In this document: one piece after another, positions 1 to 8,526 of the stretch
How positions within the stretch are numbered: the first letter of the stretch is position 1
Layout: each line of letters begins with the position of its first letter
DNA from: an uncultured Anaerofilum sp.
Lineage (GTDB): Bacteria > Bacillota > Clostridia > Oscillospirales > Ruminococcaceae
DNA: 64,000 bases
Assembly: GCA_944385935.1 (NCBI GenBank)
Contig: CALWZC010000004.1
Span: 75,426 to 139,425, forward strand
Reading direction: 5' to 3'
Program-made: the position numbers and the translations under genes
The notes under the pieces: model-generated
Told to the model about the DNA's origin: nothing
Database searches by the model: none
What the model saw: the letters and a program-made list of their open reading frames with translations, nothing else

Positions 1-142
1 CTACTAGAAAAGATTCCACCGTACTGGGCCATGCCACAAAAAAGGCTTTTTTCCATAGCTCTTTGGTGGTGGGAAGGTCTCCTTTTGGGGGATATTTTCC
101 CAAAAGGGCGGGGGCAGAAATAAACTTGCTTGCAACAGACAT
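1..142 (-). CDS. MATE-family efflux transporter, N-terminal fragment (gene runs off the left edge)
   Basis: Absent from the ORF track because no stop lies in the window. Reverse-strand ATG at 142-140 is preceded by GGGAGG (160-155). The translation MSVASKFISAPALLGKYPPKGDLPTTKELWKKAFFVAWPSTVESFLV resembles the pre-TM1 N-terminus of MATE/NorM transporters. Only 47 codons are visible. Confidence 0.45.
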   Translation of the reverse strand, partial: MSVASKFISAPALLGKYPPKGDLPTTKELWKKAFFVAWPSTVESFLV

Positions 143-161
143 GGTATTTTTTCGCCTCCCC

Positions 162-635
162 TTACAGAACTACAAATCCATCCCATAAGGGCAAGGCAGA
201 CAAAATGGCGGCGCATTGCTCCAGACCTTCCTTATCTTCTGGAGAAAAGCGGTTTTTGATGGGGCTGTCAATATCCAATACCCCAACAACAGAGCCATTT
301 ACAACCAGTGGTACCACAATTTCACTTTCGCTGGCAGCGTCACAAGCAATATGCCCGGCAAAGGTATGTACATCTTCTACCACCACTGTGGAGCGGCTTT
401 GTGCTGCATGACCGCATACACCACGGCCAAAGGGAATTTGCAAGCAAGCAGGTTTTCCGCCAAAAGGCCCCAAAATAAGTTGTTCCCCCTTAGTAAGGTA
501 AAATCCTGCCCAGTTAATTTGGGGTAGGCTGTGGTAAAGCAATGCCGCAGCATTGGACAAAGCAGACACCAGAGAAGGGCAATTTTGGGTGAGCCCCTGT
601 AGCTGTTGGCATATCTCTTTGTAAGATGGTTCCAT
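162..635 (-). CDS. GAF-domain protein (free methionine-R-sulfoxide reductase / YebR family)
   Basis: ORF 162-701. I chose the internal ATG at 635 because AGGAGG lies 8 nt upstream (MEPSYKEICQQL...). The sequence matches single-GAF proteins: NWAGFYL, LILGPFGGKPACLQIPFGRGVCG, VVEDVHTFAGHIACDAASESEIVVPL. Confidence 0.8.
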   Translation of the reverse strand: MEPSYKEICQQLQGLTQNCPSLVSALSNAAALLYHSLPQINWAGFYLTKGEQLILGPFGGKPACLQIPFGRGVCGHAAQSRSTVVVEDVHTFAGHIACDAASESEIVVPLVVNGSVVGVLDIDSPIKNRFSPEDKEGLEQCAAILSALPLWDGFVVL

Positions 636-812
636 GATACAATTCCTCCTTAGGGATTTTTGCCAGTATAAAAATGCAAGGAATGGCAAAAATTCTTTCA
701 TAATTTTACAAATATATTACTTATAATACTATGTTTCCCATAAAGTGTAAAGAGCAGCCCCCACAGAATTCAATCTGGAAGAGCTGCCCCAAAATCTAAT
801 ATTTTTTATATT

Positions 813-1427
813 TCATTCAGAAAGAATGGTAATGGATTCAATGACAGGTTGTTGTTCGGCTGAAATGGTTCCATTGGAGTCCTCAGGTTGTGCATCTTTG
901 CAGATGGCATCCACAATGTCCATACCTTCTGTTACATGACCAAAGCCAGCATAGCTGCCGTCGAGATAGGTAGAATCCTGCTGCACAATGAAAAACTGGG
1001 AGCTAGCACTGTCCATATCTTGCGCACGAGCCATGGAAATGGTTCCACGAGTGTGAGAAATGGGGTTTTCTATTCCGTTTTTAGAAAATTCCCCCTGAAT
1101 GGTGCTATCAGAACCGCCAGTGCCATCGCCTTTTGGGTCGCCTCCTTGTATCATAAAACCGTCAATAATGCGATGGAAAGTTAGCCCATCATAAAAACCA
1201 TCTTTGGCAAGGGTTACAAAATTTGTTACTGAAATAGGGGCAGTGTCTGCATCCAGTTCCACCGAGATGGTGCCATAGTCTTTTACTACAATTTCAGCTT
1301 CATATTTTCCCGAAAGTAGGTCTTGTTGTTGGGAGGAAGAAGCAGAAGAGGAGGCAGACTGTCCACAAGCAGAACACACAGCACATATAACCACTGCCAT
1401 CAAAAAGCCAACGAATCTTTTCGCCAT
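813..1427 (-). CDS. Cyclophilin-type peptidyl-prolyl cis-trans isomerase, probable lipoprotein
   Basis: ORF 813-1532 with internal start MAKRFVGFLMAVVICAVCSACGQ, a signal peptide with a lipobox-like Cys. Cyclophilin motifs are present: FHRIIDGFMIQGGDP, SMARAQDMDSASSQFFI. Confidence 0.85.
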   Translation of the reverse strand: MAKRFVGFLMAVVICAVCSACGQSASSSASSSQQQDLLSGKYEAEIVVKDYGTISVELDADTAPISVTNFVTLAKDGFYDGLTFHRIIDGFMIQGGDPKGDGTGGSDSTIQGEFSKNGIENPISHTRGTISMARAQDMDSASSQFFIVQQDSTYLDGSYAGFGHVTEGMDIVDAICKDAQPEDSNGTISAEQQPVIESITILSE

Positions 1428-1449
1428 ATACAACCTCACTTTTATACTA

Positions 1450-1463
1450 GGGCAAAATTGCCC
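1450..1463. promoter_or_regulatory. Candidate operator palindrome GGGCAA-AA-TTGCCC in the divergent PPIase/TetR intergenic region
   Basis: 6-bp perfect arms. The half-site TAGGGCAA recurs at about 1554-1561, just after the tetR -10 element. Assignment to the TetR protein is inference. Confidence 0.3.
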
Positions 1464-1524
1464 GAATTTGTTTTCCAGTATACCATTCTTATGGGCAGGG
1501 TGCAACGTGTTAAAATACAAAGAA

Positions 1525-1553
1525 TTTGACACAACTGTACCAGCTAGATATAC
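1525..1553 (+). promoter_or_regulatory. Sigma-A-type promoter for the TetR gene
   Basis: TTGACA (1525-1530), 17-nt spacer, TATACT (1548-1553), about 25 nt upstream of the start codon. Confidence 0.5.
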
Positions 1554-1577
1554 TTAGGGCAATTATTTTATAAGAAA

Positions 1578-2186
1578 ATGGGGGATTGTGTGAAACGTAC
1601 TAGCACTACCAAAAAACGGATTGTCACTGCTGCATGGAAGCTGTTTTATGAACAGGGGTATGACAACACCACAGTAGAGGAAATTATTTTTGAATCGGGA
1701 ACCTCAAAGGGTTCTTTTTATCATTATTTTGAGGGAAAGGACGCCTTGCTTAGTTCTCTATCCTATTTGTTCGATGAAAAATATGAGGAGCTGGTACATC
1801 AGCTCACACCAGAACAAGATGCTTATGAAAAATTGATTTTTTTAAATCGCAATTTATTTGAAATGATTGACAATGGAATTTCACCAGAGCTGTTGACCCG
1901 ATTGTATTCCACCCAGCTTACCACAAGGGGAGAAAAACACCTATTGAACCGCAGCCGATTCTATTACAAGTTGCTGCATAAAATTATGTTGGAAGGGCAA
2001 CAGGCAGACCAGTTGTGTCATGATATGACAGTGGGGGAATTGGTAAAATATTATGCCATGTGTGAAAGGGCATTGATTTATGAATGGTGTATGATAGGTG
2101 GAGAATATTCCTTGAGAGAATATTCGGCAAAAATTTTACCTAAAATGCTCCAAAGTATCCGTAGCCCACAATCAAATATTGAATAA
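1578..2186 (+). CDS. TetR/AcrR-family transcriptional regulator
   Basis: N-terminal TetR HTH: KKRIVTAAWKLFYEQGYDNTTVEEIIFESGTSKGSFYHYFEGKDALL. 202 aa, a typical size. Confidence 0.85.
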   Translation: MGDCVKRTSTTKKRIVTAAWKLFYEQGYDNTTVEEIIFESGTSKGSFYHYFEGKDALLSSLSYLFDEKYEELVHQLTPEQDAYEKLIFLNRNLFEMIDNGISPELLTRLYSTQLTTRGEKHLLNRSRFYYKLLHKIMLEGQQADQLCHDMTVGELVKYYAMCERALIYEWCMIGGEYSLREYSAKILPKMLQSIRSPQSNIE

Positions 2187-2412
2187 AAAATTTTTGTCTG
2201 TATTATTATCTGATAGTTTCTCTAAAAAGAGTATAGAAATAAAAAACGTATTATCAATAAAAAACTGTAATTATTGCAAAAATGAACAGAATATAGTCTA
2301 TACTTTGTTCTGTATTGTAGTCTAATTTTGCTTATGATATGATACCCCCAATACAAGCAAAGCAGCAGAAAGACAGCAATGGAACTGTTGCCGAGAATAG
2401 GGGGAATTTGCT

Positions 2413-3951
2413 ATGACCAGTGAGCACATTATCATGAGTATCACAATTTTGGTTTACTTGGCAGGAATGTTATGGGTGGGGGTACTTTGCTCCAAACAGA
2501 ACAAAGATACCACAGATTTTTATTTAGGAGGAAGAAAGCTAGGGCCTTTGGTAACTGCTATGAGTGCAGAGGCCTCAGATATGAGTTCTTGGCTGCTAAT
2601 GGGATTGCCGGGATTGGCCTACCTAACAGGGGTGGCAGATGCTGGATGGACTGCCATTGGTCTTGCCATTGGAACCTATATCAACTGGTTCCTGGTGGCA
2701 AAACGGTTGCGGGTGTATACGCATATTGCAGGAAATGCCATCACCTTGCCGGATTTTTTCCACAACCGCTATCGGGATAAAAGCCGGTTGTTGATGTTGT
2801 TTTCCAGCTTAATGATAGTGTTGTTTTTTATTCCATACACAGCTTCAGGGTTTGCTGCTTGTGGCAAGTTGTTTTCTTCTCTATTTGGTGTGGACTACAC
2901 AACAGCTATGGTGGTTAGTGCCATAGTAATTGTGGGATACACAGCAACAGGTGGTTTTTTGGCAGCCTCCACCACCGATTTTATTCAGTCCTTAGTGATG
3001 TCGGTAGCCTTAGTTTTGGTGTTGCTGTTTGGAGTACACACAGCAGGGGGATGGTCTGTTGTAATGGAACGTGCAGCACAACTTCCCGGTTATTTGGGAA
3101 TGTTCCAAACCCATCAGCCAGAAACAGGCACCGCTGTGGCATATCCCGCTTTGAGTATGTTTTCTACCATTGCATGGGGACTAGGATATTTTGGAATGCC
3201 TCACATTTTATTGCGGTTTATGGCCATTGAGGACAAAGAAAAACTAACATTGTCCCGCCGCATTGCGACCATCTGGGTGGTAATTTCCTTGGCAGTGGGT
3301 GTGACCATTGGCATTGTGGGCATGGCTATGACAAAAACAGGTGTGTTGCCTGTGTTACAAGGAGCCTCTAGCGAAACAATTTTGGTGGTAATTGCGGATT
3401 TAATGAGTAAAAATGGATGGTTACTGGCGATTTTTGCAGGACTAATTTTAGCTGGAATCCTTGCCTCTACCATGTCCACAGCAGATTCTCAGCTATTGGC
3501 AGCCTCTAGTTCTGTTTCGCAAAACCTTTTGCAAGGAGTATTTCAGGTTCCCATCAACAAAAAAGCAGAAATGCTTTGTGCAAGAGGAACTTTAATTGCT
3601 ATTGCATTGTTGGGAATGTGGATTGCAAAAGACCCCAATAGCTCTATTTTTGGTATCGTTTCTTTTGCGTGGGCTGGTTTTGGTGCTTGTTTTGGCCCTG
3701 TCGTTATTATGGCTCTATTTTGGAAACGTTCCAACCGATGGGGGGCTTTGGCAGGAATGCTGGTGGGAGGAACTATGGTATTTGTGTGGAAATACCTTGT
3801 AATACCTTTGGGAGGTTTTTGGAATATTTATGAGCTTCTGCCGGCCTTTGTAGCTGCTTGCGTGGCTATCGTAGTAGTAAGCCTGTTGACAGCTCCACCG
3901 GAGAAAGAAATCTGCGTGGAATTTGACAAAGTTTGCAAAGAATGCCGCTGA
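2413..3951 (+). CDS. putP: Sodium/proline symporter (SSS family)
   Basis: 512 aa, multi-TM. N-terminal DFYLGGRKLGPLVTAMSAEASDMSSWLLMGLPGLAY and overall similarity to PutP-type solute:sodium symporters. Confidence 0.85.
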   Translation: MTSEHIIMSITILVYLAGMLWVGVLCSKQNKDTTDFYLGGRKLGPLVTAMSAEASDMSSWLLMGLPGLAYLTGVADAGWTAIGLAIGTYINWFLVAKRLRVYTHIAGNAITLPDFFHNRYRDKSRLLMLFSSLMIVLFFIPYTASGFAACGKLFSSLFGVDYTTAMVVSAIVIVGYTATGGFLAASTTDFIQSLVMSVALVLVLLFGVHTAGGWSVVMERAAQLPGYLGMFQTHQPETGTAVAYPALSMFSTIAWGLGYFGMPHILLRFMAIEDKEKLTLSRRIATIWVVISLAVGVTIGIVGMAMTKTGVLPVLQGASSETILVVIADLMSKNGWLLAIFAGLILAGILASTMSTADSQLLAASSSVSQNLLQGVFQVPINKKAEMLCARGTLIAIALLGMWIAKDPNSSIFGIVSFAWAGFGACFGPVVIMALFWKRSNRWGALAGMLVGGTMVFVWKYLVIPLGGFWNIYELLPAFVAACVAIVVVSLLTAPPEKEICVEFDKVCKECR

Positions 3952-3961
3952 AAAGTGCCAA

Positions 3962-4009
3962 AAAACTCTGGATTTTGAGCTAAATTGACATCAAAGTCCA
4001 GAGTTTTTT
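3962..4009 (+). terminator. Rho-independent terminator after putP
   Basis: CTCTGGA (3966-3972) pairs with TCCAGAG (3997-4003). Inner pairing TTTGA/TCAAA, followed by a T6 run. Confidence 0.6.
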
Positions 4010-4150
4010 GTTGAATTTTTCATGAATAAATTATTAAATTTTACAAAAAATGGTACAAAATATTCCAAAAACACCAAAAATATACATGCAAAATGATATT
4101 TTTCTCACAAATAAAGGGGCAATTTGCGGGTTTGCGTGGAATTTCGTGTA

Positions 4151-4180
4151 TTGAAGGCACAGTGGAATCTATCGTATAAT
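4151..4180 (+). promoter_or_regulatory. Sigma-A-type promoter for the small ORF / Spo0A-like / kinase-like module
   Basis: TTGAAG (4151-4156), 18-nt spacer, TATAAT (4175-4180). It would give a 5' UTR of about 120 nt before the ATG at 4309. Confidence 0.45.
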
Positions 4181-4308
4181 GATGATGTTCCGAAATGCAA
4201 AGGAATAGTAAAAACTACACTACACCATGCAAGGTTGTATTTGTGGAAAAAGATGGATTTGCCTGCATGATGTAGAGATACTGTGTAAGAGTGGGCGGAG
4301 GATTTTTT

Positions 4309-4584
4309 ATGGAAACAAATTGCACTTTGATGTTGGAGAAAAGCTTTTCTCAGTTGGGCAAACTGCAAGACGAAATGCAGTTGCAGTACGCCATGAGTGT
4401 GCAACCCAATGGTGTAGAGTTTTGCGTTAGAAAAATACAAAACCACAACCAACAGTGGGAAAATAGCATGGTGGATGGATTGTCTTCAGAACAAGGAGAA
4501 CTGATTATAAACTTTATGCACCAAAATGCAGTTCCCTTTGAAAACTGGAGAGATATTCTGGAAGATTTGTTGTGCATTGTATAA
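4309..4584 (+). CDS. Hypothetical 91-aa protein (no family recognised)
   Basis: ORF 4291-4584. I chose the ATG at 4309 because GGCGGAGG lies 7 nt upstream. Product METNCTLMLEKSFSQLGKLQDEMQLQ... is soluble and acidic at the C-terminus. Coding status is supported only by ORF length, RBS and position. Confidence 0.5.
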   Translation: METNCTLMLEKSFSQLGKLQDEMQLQYAMSVQPNGVEFCVRKIQNHNQQWENSMVDGLSSEQGELIINFMHQNAVPFENWRDILEDLLCIV

Positions 4585-4725
4585 GGCAGCGGACCGGACT
4601 TTGAAAAAGGGCAACAGTAATATGTTTTGTCAGCAAGGGCTGCCCGTTTGGGTGGCTCTTTTTGCGTAGTAGCTCTTATGGGGCTGCTGGTGTAAAATGC
4701 CCATAGTAAAGGAGAGTAGAGTTTC

Positions 4726-5505
4726 ATGGCACAGGGCATTCGGGTACTTTTGGTGGAAGATAATTTGAATTTGGCAACTTTACAAGCACAAATGCTGAAA
4801 CTTCAACCCGAAAATTATCAGGTGCAGATAGCCTATACAGGGCAACAGGCAAAAGCTGCCTTGCAAGACTCTCTGCCAGATATTATTTTACTGGATTTAA
4901 CATTGCCTGCGCCAGATGGTCTTTCAATTTTGCGTTGGATGCAAACTCAGAAAAAGCCCATGCCACCAGTGATTGTCACTACCAGTTGCACCGAGGAAAG
5001 TGTTCAATGGGAGGCGTTGCGGCTGGGAGCAAAATATTTTATGATTAAGCCTTATCATTTGGATGATTTGTTAGGAAATATCCGAATGTTGCTACGAAAA
5101 CCTGCCAATGGATTTTTTGAATCTGGTATTCATCCAGAGAAAGTAGAATATCTACACCGTGTCAAAATGCTATTAAACCAGATGACCAGCCAAGTGGAAA
5201 GTGAAGGTTATCGCTATGTGTTGATGGCTATGGATAATTATTTTGACCATGGCAGACAGGGAATTTCCATCAAGGCATTAAGTGAAAAGGCAGGGCAACC
5301 TATAAACAACACCGGTGGAAATAATCTTATTGAGGCGGCAATTTATCGTTTGGTCTATCAAATTTGGAGAAAAAACTCTCCTGCATACCAACAGCTTTGC
5401 AGTTTTTGTGGATTGCCCAACGGAAGCCGAATGCCTGTCCGAAGATTTTTGTCTGCACTGGCACAGGTGGCACAAAGAGAACACACTTTGCCAAAGGAGA
5501 GGTAA
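4726..5505 (+). CDS. Response regulator with divergent Spo0A-like C-terminal DNA-binding domain
   Basis: REC domain: IRVLLVEDN, DIILLDLTLPAPDG, KYFMIKP. The C-terminal half aligns with the Spo0A effector domain: SEGYRYVLMAMDNY, NLIEAAIYRLVYQIW, PVRRFLSALAQVAQRE. RBS AAAGGAG upstream. Confidence 0.75.
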   Translation: MAQGIRVLLVEDNLNLATLQAQMLKLQPENYQVQIAYTGQQAKAALQDSLPDIILLDLTLPAPDGLSILRWMQTQKKPMPPVIVTTSCTEESVQWEALRLGAKYFMIKPYHLDDLLGNIRMLLRKPANGFFESGIHPEKVEYLHRVKMLLNQMTSQVESEGYRYVLMAMDNYFDHGRQGISIKALSEKAGQPINNTGGNNLIEAAIYRLVYQIWRKNSPAYQQLCSFCGLPNGSRMPVRRFLSALAQVAQREHTLPKER

Positions 5506-5506
5506 A

Positions 5507-6301
5507 ATGAAGGCTGAGCAAAACAAAGAATTGTACCATCAAATGAAAATGGTGACTGCTGTTGCCTATGACCTGCGAGACCCTGCAACGGTAATTTTAA
5601 TGGCCAAAGATGCTCTGGAAAAGTTGGTCATTGCCCAGCTGCCAGAGAAGGATCAAAAAAAGGCACAGGGGCCTTTGCGATATATCGAAAAAAGTGTAAA
5701 CCGATTGGAAAGAATCAGCATGAATCTGTTGGATATTTCCCGCAGTTCCACAGGAGAACTAAAACCCCACTGGGAGTCGGTTTGTATTTCAGCAGCATGT
5801 AAAGAACTATGTGAAGAAGCCAGAGCTATGCGCCAAGGGAAAAATATTGTTTGCAGTGTTCCAAAACATCCTGTTGTTATACAAACAGATTGCTATTTTT
5901 TTGACCGCATTTTACTAAATCTCCTTAGCAATGCTATGACAGCTTGTCCAGAGGGCAAAATTTGGGTGGAATTGAAGGAATACTCCAATGAAGTGGTTTT
6001 AGTGGTAAAGGACAGCGGGCCGGGCTTGGATGCCCACCGCTTGCAAAGCCCTTTTGCACCAGTCTACCGCACCGAGGATTCTTCCATGCGTTTGGGGCTG
6101 TATATTTCAGATTTGTTGGCAAAGCAAATGTACGCAACCCTTAGCGCAGAAAATATGCCTAAAGGTGGAGCAAGGTTTGTGTTACGTATTCCTGTGGAAG
6201 AGCAAGGTGGACAACAAGCCTTTTGTGCTCCTGTTCGACAGGAACAACAAACCCGAAAGCGATATGTTGAAGCAGAGTTTTCTCTATTTGACCCAATGTA
6301 A
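5507..6301 (+). CDS. Sensor-less histidine-kinase homologue (DHp+CA only) with Tyr at the phospho-His position
   Basis: ORF 5315-6301. Internal ATG at 5507 follows AAGGAGAGG and lies 1 nt after the regulator stop. N box LLNLLSNAM, G1 VKDSGPGLD, G2 RLGLYIS. H-box reads AVAYDLRDPATV, with TAT at 5567-5569. No TM or sensor domain. Confidence 0.75.
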   Translation: MKAEQNKELYHQMKMVTAVAYDLRDPATVILMAKDALEKLVIAQLPEKDQKKAQGPLRYIEKSVNRLERISMNLLDISRSSTGELKPHWESVCISAACKELCEEARAMRQGKNIVCSVPKHPVVIQTDCYFFDRILLNLLSNAMTACPEGKIWVELKEYSNEVVLVVKDSGPGLDAHRLQSPFAPVYRTEDSSMRLGLYISDLLAKQMYATLSAENMPKGGARFVLRIPVEEQGGQQAFCAPVRQEQQTRKRYVEAEFSLFDPM

Positions 6302-6330
6302 GGGTAAAGTCAGCAAAATATATCTTTTTC

Positions 6331-6370
6331 AAAAAGCCTTTGCCAGTAGTTTTGGTACAAGGGCTTTTTG
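6331..6370 (+). terminator. Rho-independent terminator after the kinase-like gene
   Basis: AAAAAGCCTTTG (6331-6342) pairs with CAAGGGCTTTTT (6358-6369) with one G-U pair. T-run follows. Confidence 0.55.
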
Positions 6371-6476
6371 CGGTTGTCGTAATTCCTGCATACAGTACCT
6401 TGTAAAACCATCAGGATTGTAGTATACTAAAACAGTATAGTCCAAATACACACAGGAATTTTATGAGGTATACAGA

Positions 6477-7859
6477 TTGAACCGGATTGATTTTACACAC
6501 AATACACAAGCGGCAGAGGTAATTGCTGCCCATTACGACAGCCCACCTTTGGCCTTTGTCCATTCTTATGGCTGTCAGCAAAATGTAAACGATGGAGAAA
6601 AAATCAAAGGTGTGCTGGTGGATGCTGGTTACGGCCTTTGTGACAAGTTTGAGGATGCAGACCTGATTTTGTTTAATACCTGCGCTGTGCGAGAGCATGC
6701 TGAGGAGCGTGTTTTTGGCAATGTGGGAGCACTCAAACAGCTAAAAGCTAAAAATCCCCGTCTGATTATTGGCATTTGTGGTTGCATGACCCAACAAGAA
6801 GGCGTGGTAGAGCGTTTGCGCAAAAGCTACCCCTTTGTAGATTTGGTCTTTGGGGTAAATGGCATTGACACACTGCCCCAACTGTTGGCGGAGAAAATGG
6901 GGGCAGGAAAGCGACTGCTAAAAACCCCAACCCAGCGATATGATGTGGTAGAGCAGATTCCCATTCAACGAGATTCTACCTTCCGAGCATGGTTGCCTAT
7001 CATGTATGGATGTGACAACTTTTGCTCTTACTGTATTGTTCCCTATGTACGAGGCAGAGAGCGCAGCCGGAAGAGCCAAGATATTTTGGCAGAGTTTCGC
7101 CAGCTGATAGAGCAGGGATACAAGGAAATTACCCTTTTGGGGCAAAATGTAAACTCTTACGGAAAAGGATTGGAGGAAACAATAGACTTTGCCGACCTGC
7201 TGGAGCAGCTCTGCCAGCAACCGGGGGATTACCATATCCGCTTTATGACCAGCCATCCTAAGGATGCTACCAAAAAGCTCATTGACACTATGGCAAAATA
7301 TCCCCAGCTTTGCAATCATCTGCATTTGCCAGTGCAAAGCGGCAGCAACCGAATCCTAAAGGAAATGAACCGCCACTATACTGTGGAGCAGTATATGGAG
7401 CTAATCAACTATGCAAAGGAGAAAATTCCTGGCATTACCTTCTCCAGTGATATTATTGTAGGATTTCCCGGGGAAACGGAAGAGGAATTTGAACAAACAC
7501 TAGACCTTATTTCCAAAGTGGAATATATGCAGTTGTTTACCTTCATTTATTCCAAAAGAACCGGAACCCGTGCCGCAGAAATGCCCGACCCCTTTACCCA
7601 CAAAGATAAAACCAACCGAATGGCAAGACTGTTGAAAACACAGGAGGAGATTGCCAGCCGTTTGGCAAAGGGAATGATAGGCAAGCAATGCCGTGTGCTG
7701 GTGGAGGGACATTCCCGACAACCGGGTACCCTTGCAGGTAGATTGGATAACAATCTTGTAGTGGAATTTGCAGGGGATGCTGCTCTCATTGGTAGCTATA
7801 CTACTGTAAACATTGAAGATGCTCGTGTAACCATGCTGAAAGGCAGCTTGCAAGCTTGA
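6477..7859 (+). CDS. miaB: tRNA-2-methylthio-N6-dimethylallyladenosine synthase (radical SAM methylthiotransferase)
   Basis: UPF0004 N-domain (SYGCQQNVNDGE, FNTCAVREHAE), radical SAM CDNFCSYCIVP, C-terminal TRAM. TTG start at 6477 with GAGG 8 nt upstream. Confidence 0.9.
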   Translation: MNRIDFTHNTQAAEVIAAHYDSPPLAFVHSYGCQQNVNDGEKIKGVLVDAGYGLCDKFEDADLILFNTCAVREHAEERVFGNVGALKQLKAKNPRLIIGICGCMTQQEGVVERLRKSYPFVDLVFGVNGIDTLPQLLAEKMGAGKRLLKTPTQRYDVVEQIPIQRDSTFRAWLPIMYGCDNFCSYCIVPYVRGRERSRKSQDILAEFRQLIEQGYKEITLLGQNVNSYGKGLEETIDFADLLEQLCQQPGDYHIRFMTSHPKDATKKLIDTMAKYPQLCNHLHLPVQSGSNRILKEMNRHYTVEQYMELINYAKEKIPGITFSSDIIVGFPGETEEEFEQTLDLISKVEYMQLFTFIYSKRTGTRAAEMPDPFTHKDKTNRMARLLKTQEEIASRLAKGMIGKQCRVLVEGHSRQPGTLAGRLDNNLVVEFAGDAALIGSYTTVNIEDARVTMLKGSLQA

Positions 7860-7966
7860 TAAATTGGATTTTGCTGGTACAAATTTGTACTTTCAAAATA
7901 AATACTTTTCCGCTTTTAAAAAACGGAAAGAATCCCTTCAAATAAAAGCAAAAGGAGATATACAAA

Positions 7967-8374
7967 ATGGATTGCATTGAACTGTTTAAAAAAGCCGCTG
8001 CCGCTATGCAGGCAGACCCTCGCTGTGTAGCTTTGAACACCACACAAAAAGCCTGCGACGAAGATGAAACCTTGCAGGATTTAATTGGTCAGTTTAACCT
8101 TGCTCGTATCGACATGAACGAGGAAGTGGGCAAACCAGAGCGCAACAACCAGCGCATTGCTGAGCTCAACGAGAAGGTTGGCAAAATCTACAACGAAATT
8201 ATGGAAAATCCCAAAATGGTAGCATACAACGAAGCTAAAAAAGAGGTTGAAGGTATGATTAACCATATCAATGCCATTGTAAACACCGCTGTAGAGGGTG
8301 GCGACCCCATGCTGGTGGAGCAACCTGCTGAGGCTTGCACTGGAAGCTGCTCCAGTTGCAGCGGATGCCATTAA
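7967..8374 (+). CDS. ylbF: YlbF/YmcA-family protein with Cys-rich C-terminal tail
   Basis: 135 aa, helical. Shows a YlbF-like pattern (LIGQFNLARIDMNEE..., NENPKMVAYNEAKKEV) and the conserved position between miaB and mutS. Tail is CTGSCSSCSGCH. Confidence 0.65.
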   Translation: MDCIELFKKAAAAMQADPRCVALNTTQKACDEDETLQDLIGQFNLARIDMNEEVGKPERNNQRIAELNEKVGKIYNEIMENPKMVAYNEAKKEVEGMINHINAIVNTAVEGGDPMLVEQPAEACTGSCSSCSGCH

Positions 8375-8394
8375 AAGCAACCAGCAAGCCCATT

Positions 8395-8434
8395 GCACAC
8401 CGACCGGCACCATTTCCGGTCGGTGTGCCTTTTT
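8395..8434 (+). terminator. Rho-independent terminator after ylbF
   Basis: 13-bp perfect stem GCACACCGACCGG / CCGGTCGGTGTGC, followed by CTTTTT. Confidence 0.85.
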
Positions 8435-8526
8435 GCAAGATTGGGTTTGTGCTGTGGAATACCCGAAGGATAAACCCAATTTTACAAGGATACTGTTGAA
8501 GATGATATACAAGGAGGCGACTTTCA

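Noticed and set aside
80-110. Inverted repeat CCTTTTGGGGG-ATATTTT-CCCAAAAGG near the left edge, a possible terminator
   Set aside because: It lies inside the MATE-like coding frame and has no flanking T-run on either strand.
4-216. 70-aa minus-strand ORF at the left edge
   Set aside because: It overlaps the GAF gene terminus and has no RBS. A different minus-strand frame (142 to 1) has a GGGAGG RBS and a MATE-like N-terminus, so I prefer that one.
4105-4739. Minus-strand ORFs 4105-4452 (115 aa) and 4350-4739 (129 aa) in the region upstream of the Spo0A-like gene
   Set aside because: Neither has an RBS or motifs. Both overlap the plus-strand small ORF and promoter, which fit the operon structure better. 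I cannot fully exclude them without expression data.
5315-5506. N-terminal extension of the kinase-like ORF (track start 5315)
   Set aside because: The extension overlaps the response regulator coding frame for 190 nt. The internal ATG at 5507 has an AAGGAGAGG RBS and is the standard coupled arrangement.
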